26,667 bases of DNA from a virus (taxonomy: Duplodnaviria; Caudoviricetes): positions 1 to 26,667 of the IMG/VR virus record IMGVR_UViG_3300008119_000142. One strand, given 5' to 3'. Positions 1 to 9,668 of the stretch are shown here, piece after piece; position 1 is the first letter of the stretch; every line of letters begins with the position of its first letter. The position numbers and the translations under genes are program-made. Below the pieces are notes generated by a model. The model searched no databases, was not told the DNA's origin, and saw only the letters and a program-made list of their open reading frames with translations.

Positions 1-1
1 T

Positions 2-2086
2 GCGCCACAAAGAGAAATAACTGAATCCGATTTGTTTGGAATTCAGTCAACTGCAAGCGCACCAACAACTGCAACTAAAACACTAACAAAAGATGATTTA
101 AAAAACACTAAAATAAAAGTTGATGGTGATAAAGATTTAGCATTAAAAGTTATTGAAAAATTTATAGAACTTGGTTTTCAAGATAATTTAAGCTTATCAG
201 AAGGTATTAAAGGTAATGATGTGCCTTTTGGATTATCAATAGATGATTTAGGTATAATCCGTAGAAGAACCAGTGAAGAAGCTTTTATCGAATTAAGTAG
301 AAAAGAAATTTTTCCATCCGACTTAGGTATCGATGTGAATAATTTAGGTGCAAGCGGTTCGACTGCAAGTTCACCAACAACATTAACAATAGACAATTTA
401 GATGGAATTAAGATAAAGGTTAATAATGATAGAGATTTAGCAAGAAAGATTGTAGATAAATTAGAATCTTTTGGCTTTACTGATAATAAAGACGTATTAG
501 ACCTTATAAATAATTCATCAGTAGATATTTATGCAATAACTACAAGCAAAGATACAACTTCAAGTTATGTTGGATGGTTCAATACCGAAAGAAGTTTTTT
601 TCAATTTGATAAGGTTCGAGAAGTAAGCGCATGGGATTTATTAAATCTTTCGGCAACTGCAATTAACAATCAACTGCCAACTGACTTAAGTCAAATACCG
701 AAAGGTAGAATGAAAGTTTTGTTTGAAATTAAAAAGTTTGTAGACGATAATAAGCTAACTCCTAATACGTTTATTGGCGATTCTTTTGGTAACCAAATAG
801 ATTTTGTAGACGAAGAAACTGGTGATGTTTTTGAATTTAATTATGGTGATGACCCCAACTTAATTGATGTTAAATCTTTAAGTCCGATGACAAAATCGGC
901 AAGCGACTTATTAGTGCAGTTTTTAGATTTTGAAAAAAGCTTTAATGATTTTGCAAGTAAAAAAGTAAAAGACCTATCGGGCGGTATTGCAGACCTTGAT
1001 TTGCTTGCCGTTTCGGAAGTAACAACATTTGAGAAGGAAAGAAAGGAAATAGATGCCTTAATTAAGCTTTTACCAGCGTTTCAAGAAAGTAAGTTTGCGC
1101 CACAAAAGGCTATGATACTTAAAGAGATAGGTAGGCTACACAAAAAGATTACCTACGAAGGTTTTATTTTTCAAAACGAAAGGTATTCTGATGCAAAGCA
1201 GTTGTTTACACCACAAGGGTTGTTGAAGTATTATTATACTCAAACAACACAAAGTCCAGTAGCATCGCTTGAACCAGCTTGTGAACTTGAAACACCTAAT
1301 GGTGCGAAAAGTAAGTTGCCTTTAAGTGCATACCTAAACGTAAGAACATCACGTTTTAAAAAGTGGTTTGGGGATTGGGAAAAAGCATACGAAACAAACA
1401 ACTATGTTGATTGCTCAAAAATGATTGACGAAGAAACTAAAGAGCCAAAAATATTTTATCATGGAGTGCGCAAGTATGTTCCTAATTTTGGTCAGTTTTC
1501 AAATATGGGGCAAGGGGTTGTAAGACCTTATGGTTCGTTTGAACCGCCTACGGCTTTTCCAGCTTCTTATTTTTCAGATAGCGAAGAATATGCAAAATTC
1601 TATGGTGGTATTGCACCTAATATGCCTAAACCAAGTGCAGACTATGAGCCGTTTATTTATAAAGTATTTTTATCAGCTAAAAACCCTATATCTTTATTGC
1701 CATTAGGATTTGAAAGTAGCTATAAGGACATGATTGATTACTTGTTAGTTGCTTATGGTGTGCGTGTTCAACCAAGCAGAAATGTATTGAATAGAATACA
1801 AAATGATATGAAAGCCAAACATCCAGTATGGGTGTATGTTCGTAATGATATAGCATTGTTGGAAACGTTAAAAGATTATGGTTACGATGCCTTAATTCAA
1901 ACTGGGGATATTCCTACCTTTGACGATAGTGGAAACGTTATAAACGATAGAAGTAAATTTATTCAAGACGAAGAATACTTAACTTTTTACCCAACGCAAG
2001 TTAAAAGCGCTACTGTGAAAAAAAGTTTCTATTTTGATTTTTTCAAAGATATAAGATTTAATAAAGGAGGATATGTTCGTATATAG
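2..2086 (+). CDS. 5'-truncated large polyvalent protein with tandem N-terminal repeats and a C-terminal ADP-ribosyltransferase-like (ART-PolyVal type) domain
   Basis: Frame is open from base 2 (APQREITESDLFG). C-terminal TPNG..L...VRT..FKKWFGDWE..SKMIDEETKEPKIFYHG, YFSDSEEYAKFYG and EEYLTFYPTQVKSA match the H-Y-E ART pattern of phage polyvalent proteins. Confidence 0.75.
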   Translation, partial: APQREITESDLFGIQSTASAPTTATKTLTKDDLKNTKIKVDGDKDLALKVIEKFIELGFQDNLSLSEGIKGNDVPFGLSIDDLGIIRRRTSEEAFIELSRKEIFPSDLGIDVNNLGASGSTASSPTTLTIDNLDGIKIKVNNDRDLARKIVDKLESFGFTDNKDVLDLINNSSVDIYAITTSKDTTSSYVGWFNTERSFFQFDKVREVSAWDLLNLSATAINNQLPTDLSQIPKGRMKVLFEIKKFVDDNKLTPNTFIGDSFGNQIDFVDEETGDVFEFNYGDDPNLIDVKSLSPMTKSASDLLVQFLDFEKSFNDFASKKVKDLSGGIADLDLLAVSEVTTFEKERKEIDALIKLLPAFQESKFAPQKAMILKEIGRLHKKITYEGFIFQNERYSDAKQLFTPQGLLKYYYTQTTQSPVASLEPACELETPNGAKSKLPLSAYLNVRTSRFKKWFGDWEKAYETNNYVDCSKMIDEETKEPKIFYHGVRKYVPNFGQFSNMGQGVVRPYGSFEPPTAFPASYFSDSEEYAKFYGGIAPNMPKPSADYEPFIYKVFLSAKNPISLLPLGFESSYKDMIDYLLVAYGVRVQPSRNVLNRIQNDMKAKHPVWVYVRNDIALLETLKDYGYDALIQTGDIPTFDDSGNVINDRSKFIQDEEYLTFYPTQVKSATVKKSFYFDFFKDIRFNKGGYVRI

Positions 2087-2777
2087 ACAAGGTAAGTTAA
2101 AGCAAGAGGTAATTGGTGTTAGTCCTACGGAACAAATTTATAGGCTAACGCATTTATCAAGCGGTATGGTTATAGAGGTTGAATTTGACCCTTCATCGCA
2201 AGGTTCGTATTCAGCTAATACAAACCCATATAAAGTTTACAAAGAAGTTAATGGTGTTTATACTATCTATGAGGAGTTTTATGCCAAAACAAAGTCAATG
2301 AAAGAGAATTTTGAGGAGGCTATTTTGTTTTTTGAAGATAATATTTATAAAGCTTTGAACGAAAAACCACCTCAACAACAACAACCACCATCGCCACCAA
2401 CAAAACCGCCTAAAAAAGTGGATGTACCACCAGAACAAGGTGATATTGTAAAAGTGAAAAATGAATTTGGTATTGTAACGGATGTTTACGGAACAAAGGT
2501 TATTACAAGAAAATTAACCAAAGAAGAAGCAACCCGAATTTTACAAGATAGGAAAAACGCAAGTATTTCTATTGGAGTAGCTGATACAAGTTCATCAAGT
2601 TCTACACCTATGTTCAAGAAAGGTGGAGTTACACCAAAAGTAGCAAAACCAATTGTTGGGGATGTTGTAAAGGTAAAAGGTAAATACGGAGTTGTTACTG
2701 ATGTTATCAATAACAAAGTTGAAGTAAAAAACATAAGTCAAACGGATGCTTTTCGCATTTTAAAAAATAAAAACTAA
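2073..2777 (+). CDS. Hypothetical protein with Pro/Gln linker and two KOW/SH3-like repeats
   Basis: GDIVKVKNEFGIVTDV...EATRILQ and GDVVKVKGKYGVVTDV...DAFRILK, separated by MFKKGG. Confidence 0.7.
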   Translation: MFVYRQGKLKQEVIGVSPTEQIYRLTHLSSGMVIEVEFDPSSQGSYSANTNPYKVYKEVNGVYTIYEEFYAKTKSMKENFEEAILFFEDNIYKALNEKPPQQQQPPSPPTKPPKKVDVPPEQGDIVKVKNEFGIVTDVYGTKVITRKLTKEEATRILQDRKNASISIGVADTSSSSSTPMFKKGGVTPKVAKPIVGDVVKVKGKYGVVTDVINNKVEVKNISQTDAFRILKNKN

Positions 2778-2782
2778 ACAAA

Positions 2783-3424
2783 ATGGCAGAAAATAAATTA
2801 CCGAGTAGTTTTTCGGAATACGACATGGAAACAGATAACATTGTTATTTTAAGAGTGAAACCATCAAGTCCACCACCACCAGAAGGAGGTTTTCCACCAC
2901 CGCCACCCGAAGATGAAGAACAAGAAGTGCCTAAAAACATTGAATACCCATTAGACGAAGAACCACCAACACCCGAAGGAGAAGGTGAAGGAGAAGGAGA
3001 AGGCGAAGGAGAAGGAGAAGGCGAAGGAGAAGGAGAAGGCGAAGGAGAAGGTGAAGGAGAAGGCGAAGGTGAAGGTGAAGGAGAAGGAGAAGGTGAAGGA
3101 GAAGGAGAAGGTGAAGGTGAAGGTGAAGGCGAAGGCGAAGGCGAAGGCGAAGGTGAATTCGGAGGTACAGACGATGAAGATTTATCATTAGAAGAACTTA
3201 TGAAAAAAATTCAAAAGGAATTTGAAAGTGGTAAGTCAGCGAAAGACATACAAAACCAAAGAGATATTGAAGCTATTGAAAGCGCTTTAGCCACATCACA
3301 AGACCGAATAAAAGGTATGTTTAAAACAAAAAGTGTTGCAAGGGTAGCTATTGGAAATAGAGTATTATTTGCACAAGACAACGAACAAAGAATAGATAAA
3401 GCTTTAAATCAAATTTTTAACTAA
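2783..3424 (+). CDS. Acidic protein with poly-Pro and (EG)30 tract, coupled to the MoxR ATPase gene
   Basis: ATG start after an A-rich spacer; TAATG overlap with the next gene. Confidence 0.8.
   Translation: MAENKLPSSFSEYDMETDNIVILRVKPSSPPPPEGGFPPPPPEDEEQEVPKNIEYPLDEEPPTPEGEGEGEGEGEGEGEGEGEGEGEGEGEGEGEGEGEGEGEGEGEGEGEGEGEGEGEGEGEGEFGGTDDEDLSLEELMKKIQKEFESGKSAKDIQNQRDIEAIESALATSQDRIKGMFKTKSVARVAIGNRVLFAQDNEQRIDKALNQIFN
2975..3157 (+). repeat. Hexamer tandem repeat (GAAGGN) x30 encoding (Glu-Gly)30-Glu
   Basis: Directly visible; only the Gly third codon position varies (A/C/T). Confidence 0.95.
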
Positions 3425-4767
3425 TGGAAAATACCACAAAAAAAGACTTAATGGATATTGTTGGGGAAACTGATAACCCACTAATACAAACACTTGCTAA
3501 ACAAAAAATGCAAGACGAATTTGAGGGCGATGCAGTGGCTCAAAAAATGATTCAGCTATCACAATTATTAAGTGCCTCACAACAATCGTCTAATTTAGAC
3601 GAAAACGAGGTAAAACGAATTGTTCGTGAAGAAATTGAAACTGATAAAATCAAGTTTGATGATTTAGACGATACTATTAAAAAGTTGTTGAATAATCAAC
3701 CTACAAATGTAACCTTGACTATTAATCAAGGAACTGCCGTTAGAGTTGTTACAACAACAGTAGATGAATTTATTTTAAGACCACTTGTTCAGAAAATTTT
3801 GAGTGATATTTTAGCAAGAAATAACGTTTACTTGTATGGTGGTGCTGGAACTGGTAAAACCTATTTAGCTGGTGAGTTGAAAAAGTTTTTAGGGTGGAAT
3901 TTAATTGTGGTTAATTGCAATCAATTTACTTCTGCTTTAGAATTAATTGGAGGACAAACTATTGATGGTTACCAAGAAGGTAAAGTTGTTCGTGCTTTTG
4001 GAAATTTAAACCCCGATGGTTCGCCTATGGGGAAAGGTTGTATTTTGCTATTAGACGAGTTGCCAAAAATTGACCCAAATACTGCTGGTATTTTAAATTC
4101 AGTTTTAGCCTCTATTGGTGAATACAATAGTAGTGGTGAACCAGCAACAATACAAAACGCTAAGGGCGATGTAATTCAACGTGGTGAGTGTTTTATCATG
4201 GCTACTGGAAATAGCTTACTTAACACCAAAGATGCCGAGTATGAAGCTAACTTCAAACAAGATTTGTCTTTACAAGATAGGTTTACTGGCTCAACTTATA
4301 AGGTGTTTGTTGACGAAAAATTTGAGTGGAATAAAATCATGAACCAAAAATGGGCATTTATTTTCTTGTACTTAACTAAATTGAGAAAACTTATTCAAGA
4401 CGAAGGATTTACTTCTAAAGCGTTTGTTTCAGTTCGACTTATGTTGTCAGTTCAAAAAACTTACAATGTATTCAGAAGCATTAAAAGCGCAACTGGTAGT
4501 AGTAAAAGTATCACTCCAGATGGTTCTGTTTCATTTACACCAGCGCCAATATCCCAAGCATTAATAGGAGTACAACCGCCAAGTGTAAAAACAGTTGAAG
4601 ATTCATTAAACGAATTTTTCAGTTTATTTACAACCGAGCAAGCCGATATTTTGAAAACTAAAAGCGACTATAAAGGTTGGTTGAATATTGTAAAAGAAAA
4701 AAACAAGTTGCCTTTAGACAAAATTAATAGTGATGCCGAGTTAGCTGAAATTAATAGCAAGTTTTAA
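3424..4767 (+). CDS. MoxR/CobS/CbbQ-like AAA+ ATPase
   Basis: Walker A GGAGTGKT, Walker B LLLDE, sensor-1 ATGNS, arginine finger QDLSLQDRF. Confidence 0.85.
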   Translation: MENTTKKDLMDIVGETDNPLIQTLAKQKMQDEFEGDAVAQKMIQLSQLLSASQQSSNLDENEVKRIVREEIETDKIKFDDLDDTIKKLLNNQPTNVTLTINQGTAVRVVTTTVDEFILRPLVQKILSDILARNNVYLYGGAGTGKTYLAGELKKFLGWNLIVVNCNQFTSALELIGGQTIDGYQEGKVVRAFGNLNPDGSPMGKGCILLLDELPKIDPNTAGILNSVLASIGEYNSSGEPATIQNAKGDVIQRGECFIMATGNSLLNTKDAEYEANFKQDLSLQDRFTGSTYKVFVDEKFEWNKIMNQKWAFIFLYLTKLRKLIQDEGFTSKAFVSVRLMLSVQKTYNVFRSIKSATGSSKSITPDGSVSFTPAPISQALIGVQPPSVKTVEDSLNEFFSLFTTEQADILKTKSDYKGWLNIVKEKNKLPLDKINSDAELAEINSKF

Positions 4768-4772
4768 AGCAA

Positions 4773-6605
4773 ATGAAATTAGACAATTTATTTGATGTAA
4801 TTCAACAAGTAGGGCAAAAGCCATATCGCATATTTGTAAATGATTGGGCGAGAAGCGCTATTACACAAGGTCAAGCTGATTATTCGGGTATTAGTTCTAA
4901 TGGTTTTGTTTTTAAGCAATACAAAAATTTAGAAGATGCTTTTGCCCACATAGAAGAAATTAAAAATAAGCCAAACAAAAGTAGCTATGAAAATTCAGCT
5001 TTGACTTTTGTAAGCGGTTCTGTAAACGGTTCTAACTATCAAGATTTTAAATCTTTTAAAGATTTTATTAATCAACCAAGTAGAAGTTTTGAGAAGATTA
5101 AAGAAATAAGCAAAACTTTAGTTGAAAACATAAAAACGCTTATCAATTTAGGTGGTTTGTATAAGAATGATAGGATTGTTGTAACCGAAGATACAAGAGG
5201 TATTTTTGATTTTGGATTAGCAAGCTTAGGTTTGTTTAGACCTATTGAGTTCTATTCACAAAAGTTGCAAGAAGATATTAAAAAAGGCGCAATTGAAAAT
5301 CCTTTTAAATTTGAGGGATTAGAAGCTGGTGTTGTAAATCCAGATAAGGTAAATAAAAAAATAATTGGTGGATTGACATTTTTTATATTCAATCACATGG
5401 GCAAGGAATATGATTGCGAAAAAAGACAAAGAGGGGCAACTAAAGTGTTTAATAGTTTTTCTAATGAATGTTTTTTAAAGCCTAACGATGATGGAATTAT
5501 TTTAACTTATTACTTGAATGACCAAAACAAGGTTTATAATGGGAAGGATAATATAAGGCTTAAATATGCATCGACCAATAAAAAATCATATCTTATATAC
5601 AACAAGAAGGATGATTCTGTAAAGAATGTTGATATTTTTATGCCAATTAATTTTATTGGAAATGTAAATGATAGTTCAAGGGGTTTGTTTTTGTTTCCAG
5701 CATATTTAATTTCAGCTACTTTAGAGCAATATGGTATTCAGTCAAGAATAAGCGCAATGAGGTTAGGTAGCGATGATAAAACGCAAATTACTGTTTCAAT
5801 ACCAGTTAAGGATTACAATGAATCAACTACTGAATCTTTTGATAGTATTTATGCTTTATTATCAAAATCTGGTTCAGCCGATAGTTTTTTTGCTTTTTTT
5901 AAAATTATAGCAGAAAATGAAGGAATTCAAGCAAAGCCTACTGGTGTTGCATACGCAAGTTTTAACGATGTTTATTACTATGAAAGAGATTATATGAATG
6001 ACATGATGCAACGCTATAAAAATTGGTGTGAGGCTAATAAAGACAAAGATTTTGTAAACACAAAAGTTGTAAACCCAAACTTTCAATTTGCACTAAGTAC
6101 AACTGCTTCAAACATTGCTGATTCAAGTATAAAATATGATAATATTTTAGAGTATTTACACCAAATTTTCTATAATTTTTATTACTATATGGATTTTTTA
6201 GCCATAGAAATGATTGATATGGTAGAGTTTGAAAAAAGTATTTATAAGCGAATTACAGAGGATGTTACCTTTAGAAAAATTTATAGCGTGCCAAGTTCAA
6301 AACAAGAAATTAAAGATTTGATGCGAAGCTATAGTGGTATGGCATTTCCGAATAAGCAACAAAAAAAGGATTTAAAAATTTTTTATAATCCCCTTACACC
6401 AAACGATGTTTATGTAAAATATACGGCTTATTCTTTGCAACCCGATAATAGCATTGAATCAGAAGTAAGAGTTCATTGCATAAAGCCTAATGGCTCAAAA
6501 ATGAATTGTGCAGAGCAATTTGAAGATTTAAGACAACGTATGCAGTTTGAATCTAATTTTATAGAGGTTGATTTGGATGCTAATGGTAATATAGTATTTG
6601 TATGA
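4773..6605 (+). CDS. Putative MoxR partner (degenerate VWA-like); the last ~88 aa may be a separate gene starting at 6339
   Basis: Directly follows the MoxR gene. The strand-helix-strand segment NVDIFMPINF..AYLISATLEQYGIQSRI resembles VWA-like partners, but no canonical DxSxS is seen. Confidence 0.5.
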   Translation: MKLDNLFDVIQQVGQKPYRIFVNDWARSAITQGQADYSGISSNGFVFKQYKNLEDAFAHIEEIKNKPNKSSYENSALTFVSGSVNGSNYQDFKSFKDFINQPSRSFEKIKEISKTLVENIKTLINLGGLYKNDRIVVTEDTRGIFDFGLASLGLFRPIEFYSQKLQEDIKKGAIENPFKFEGLEAGVVNPDKVNKKIIGGLTFFIFNHMGKEYDCEKRQRGATKVFNSFSNECFLKPNDDGIILTYYLNDQNKVYNGKDNIRLKYASTNKKSYLIYNKKDDSVKNVDIFMPINFIGNVNDSSRGLFLFPAYLISATLEQYGIQSRISAMRLGSDDKTQITVSIPVKDYNESTTESFDSIYALLSKSGSADSFFAFFKIIAENEGIQAKPTGVAYASFNDVYYYERDYMNDMMQRYKNWCEANKDKDFVNTKVVNPNFQFALSTTASNIADSSIKYDNILEYLHQIFYNFYYYMDFLAIEMIDMVEFEKSIYKRITEDVTFRKIYSVPSSKQEIKDLMRSYSGMAFPNKQQKKDLKIFYNPLTPNDVYVKYTAYSLQPDNSIESEVRVHCIKPNGSKMNCAEQFEDLRQRMQFESNFIEVDLDANGNIVFV

Positions 6606-7021
6606 GTAGTTTACAAGACATTGCAGATTCTTTAATAAGAATAGCATACACCGATAAGGAAGAAAGGTATAGTTGGATTCCGCTTTTAGCTAATAAGTTA
6701 AAAAGCGTTCCAAGTAGTGAAATTACTAACGAGCAAAGGCTACTAATATCAGAAATATTAGATAGCTTAGGTGAAGAAGTTTTCTATGCTCAAAAATCAG
6801 AAGCAGAAGCTACTGGCGAAGCGAAAAAGCAAGCTAAACCTACAAAAGCAAAAGCTACCAAAGCCGTAGCGGTAAAACCACAACCGCAAGTAATTGAGGT
6901 CGTAGAACCAAAAGTCGTTGTTGAAGAACCCGAAGTGATTGTTCCTACACCTACACCAAAAGTGGAAGCTAAACCTAAATCGGTTAATCGACCAAAGCAA
7001 GCTTGCACAAGCACAAGTTAA
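6602..7021 (+). CDS. Hypothetical protein with helical N-terminus and K/A/P/V/E-rich linker; probably frameshifted near 6985
   Basis: ATG overlaps the upstream stop; coding character moves to another frame at about 6985. Confidence 0.6.
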   Translation: MSSLQDIADSLIRIAYTDKEERYSWIPLLANKLKSVPSSEITNEQRLLISEILDSLGEEVFYAQKSEAEATGEAKKQAKPTKAKATKAVAVKPQPQVIEVVEPKVVVEEPEVIVPTPTPKVEAKPKSVNRPKQACTSTS

Positions 7022-9206
7022 TATATTGAAAATGATGGCTGACAAAACCGACAATTTCAAGACTAAAGACAAAGAAACTTTAGAAAAAATCGATGCAAGC
7101 TTAGACAAAATTATTGCAAAATTGAAAGAGAGTAATCCCGATGCTTTAAAATCAACGGCAAGAAAAACTACTGGTAAGGCAAAAGCCAAAACCACAAGTG
7201 CTTCAACTACTGGAGGGAAAAACAATGTAATGGCATTAGCTAAAAAAATTCGTAAACCAAACGAATCATGGACAGATGCACAAAAAAGAGCAAAAGAAAG
7301 CTTGCAAGGAGAAATTAAACAAGCTAATAAAGTAGTTACTTCGGAATTACAAAAGCTTAAAGCTTTTATTAATAGAAGAAAGCAATTAAAAGGTATTGCT
7401 GGAACTGACTTGCTTAGGGATTCCAAAAGACAAGCCAAACCGAGAGGTCAAAGAATATCAAAAGATGGAAATGTTTACTACGAGTACCGAGAAAATCGTA
7501 TTGATAGATTAGCGCCTAACTATCCTAAAAATGCGCCTTTATTAGCTGGAGGCGGAAGCTTAAATAATCCAAAAAAATATGTGGGTAAGCATTTTATAGT
7601 TGCTGACGAACTTTTTTATATTGGCGCTTTTAATGATACAAACCTACAAAGGTCTGTTCGTTATCTCAATAAATTAGGACAAGAAAATAATATTAAAAGT
7701 CAAAAATATCCAATGTTTCGTGTGTTGATTATTGAAAGAAATAATAAACTAAATTTTTATGATGAAAACCAGTCTGTTGTTGAAACAAGTTTGGTTTACA
7801 TGACTTTAGATAGACTAAAAAATATATTAAAAAACACTAAATTAAGCAGTCAAAAGTTGCCACCAAAATTTGCTAAAAAAGTACAAGAATCAAAAAAATA
7901 TTTTGACGAATTTGAATCCAAAAAATTTGCCGATGGCGGTGGTGTTGATGGTATCGAAGAAGATATTGACATGACTGATGATTATGTTTTAAGAGTAAAC
8001 AAAGGTGTACAACCCGAAGATAGAGCAAGTATGAAAGAATGGATGGCTAAAACAAACGAATCAAGAGAAGCAATGGCTTACAAATTAGGAGGCACTGTTG
8101 TTTCTGATTTAGCTGGTCATACTGGAGGTTCATTTGGCACTGGCAATCCAACATTGTTAAATGGAAACACTGGCGAATATTATACTGGATTAGTTGGTGA
8201 AACTGGTGCTTTGTCAAGCGGTGAAATGTTTGAAGGTGGCGGAAATTTGTCAAGAGATAGAAAATATGTAAACTATCGTGAAGATTACGAAGTTCGTTAC
8301 TCAAAAGGTAAAGGCAGACATGGTTATGGTAATTTGAAATTTGATGATGGCGGTGGAGTTTCTAAATCGCTTCGTTATGAGGATATTTTAGAAGTTTTAA
8401 AAGAAAAAATTGAAGATTCTGTTCAAGAACTACCAATAGAGTATGAGCAATCTGAAAACTTTGTAGGTGAGGAGGTAGAAAAAAATTCAAGGGATGGTTT
8501 TATTGCCTACACAGATGGTGGTTACGAGGTAAGATGGTTTGAAAGTGTTAATATGTTCAATAGTGGCGGTTATTCTTTGCCTACAAAAGTTTTAGATGCA
8601 GAGATGCAAAGACAAGTAGATAATAATTATCAGTATGCTAAAGAAAGATTTGAAAATGAATACCCAAGCATAGTTGAAGAACTTGGTGAGGAAAATATAG
8701 ACTACAATTCTTTATACGAAGCTGGTTATGAAAGTGAAGCAGAGGAACTTTCAGAGTTTGAAAGCGATAACGATGATACTATCATGTGTGAAATAGGTGC
8801 ATATTATTACGACACAAATAATTATAGAGGTATTGAAGGTAAACATACACTAAGGTTATTTGGTAACGTGAATTTGGAAAGTCCTTATCATAGACAAGGA
8901 AACTTGGATGACAGTTACGACATTGACATAACTTTTAATTCAATTAAAGAGTTAAAAGAAAAAGTTGATGCTGGATTAAAACAAATTTTAGATTGGTTTG
9001 ATGGCAAATACTACAATGATTCAAAAGCCGAAATGAAAATACGCAGAATGGCTAAAGGCGGTGGAGTTCGTAAAGTAGGAAACCGAGTGTATTCTTTAGG
9101 TAGAAATTGGACAAACGACCATAAGCACACTAATAAGTCTGAAAAACACGAAGTAAATTATAATAGAAAAATAATATGGATATATCACAAAAATTACATT
9201 TTTTAA
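6939..9206 (+). CDS. Modular GG-motif protein (basic modules plus an acidic ~230-aa domain); true ends uncertain
   Basis: Long ORF containing LAGGG, FADGG, YKLGG, FEGGG, FDDGG and MAKGG. Both the start and the last ~11 residues look artefactual. Confidence 0.7.
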   Translation: MFLHLHQKWKLNLNRLIDQSKLAQAQVNILKMMADKTDNFKTKDKETLEKIDASLDKIIAKLKESNPDALKSTARKTTGKAKAKTTSASTTGGKNNVMALAKKIRKPNESWTDAQKRAKESLQGEIKQANKVVTSELQKLKAFINRRKQLKGIAGTDLLRDSKRQAKPRGQRISKDGNVYYEYRENRIDRLAPNYPKNAPLLAGGGSLNNPKKYVGKHFIVADELFYIGAFNDTNLQRSVRYLNKLGQENNIKSQKYPMFRVLIIERNNKLNFYDENQSVVETSLVYMTLDRLKNILKNTKLSSQKLPPKFAKKVQESKKYFDEFESKKFADGGGVDGIEEDIDMTDDYVLRVNKGVQPEDRASMKEWMAKTNESREAMAYKLGGTVVSDLAGHTGGSFGTGNPTLLNGNTGEYYTGLVGETGALSSGEMFEGGGNLSRDRKYVNYREDYEVRYSKGKGRHGYGNLKFDDGGGVSKSLRYEDILEVLKEKIEDSVQELPIEYEQSENFVGEEVEKNSRDGFIAYTDGGYEVRWFESVNMFNSGGYSLPTKVLDAEMQRQVDNNYQYAKERFENEYPSIVEELGEENIDYNSLYEAGYESEAEELSEFESDNDDTIMCEIGAYYYDTNNYRGIEGKHTLRLFGNVNLESPYHRQGNLDDSYDIDITFNSIKELKEKVDAGLKQILDWFDGKYYNDSKAEMKIRRMAKGGGVRKVGNRVYSLGRNWTNDHKHTNKSEKHEVNYNRKIIWIYHKNYIF

Positions 9207-9652
9207 GCGACCATGCAGAAGAAGTTTATGGAAGTCCAATTGTAAAAGGACAAACAAATCCAAAAATGAATGAATTTTTTGGAAAATTAATTTATGAAAA
9301 ATATGACGATTTGCCCTTAAATACAAAAGTTGCTTTAGTTATGCACACAACTCGTGGTCAATACGCAAAAGGCGCTATTGTTCCAAGCAAGTATAACGTT
9401 TCAATTCAATACCCAACAAAATCGTCAAGGTCTAATTGGGCAAGTAATGATAATGTAGATATTAAAGTTGTTGCTAAAAATAAAGTAGAAGCAGAAAAGA
9501 AAGCTTTAGATGAATTTTCAAAAAAGTTTCCAATGCAAAAACCAAATTATGTACGAGTAACTAAAGACGAAGTTTCTTCTTTTGATAATTTAAGTTTAAA
9601 AAAAGGCGGTATGATGCCAAAAGTATCTGCCAAAAAACACAGAAACGATTAA
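9176..9652 (+). CDS. Hypothetical GG-motif protein
   Basis: YAKGA and LKKGG motifs flank a small domain; basic tail. Confidence 0.75.
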   Translation: MDISQKLHFLSDHAEEVYGSPIVKGQTNPKMNEFFGKLIYEKYDDLPLNTKVALVMHTTRGQYAKGAIVPSKYNVSIQYPTKSSRSNWASNDNVDIKVVAKNKVEAEKKALDEFSKKFPMQKPNYVRVTKDEVSSFDNLSLKKGGMMPKVSAKKHRND

Positions 9653-9668
9653 TTATAAAATTGTAAGC

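Noticed and set aside
2063-2075. AAAGGAGG Shine-Dalgarno-like sequence before ATG 2073
   Set aside because: Only 2 nt from the ATG, explained by the KGG codons of the upstream gene; other genes lack SD sequences.
2931-3191. KE-repeat (+) and LH/LR-repeat (-) ORFs
   Set aside because: Alternate frames of the GAAGGN repeat; variation is synonymous only in the EG frame.
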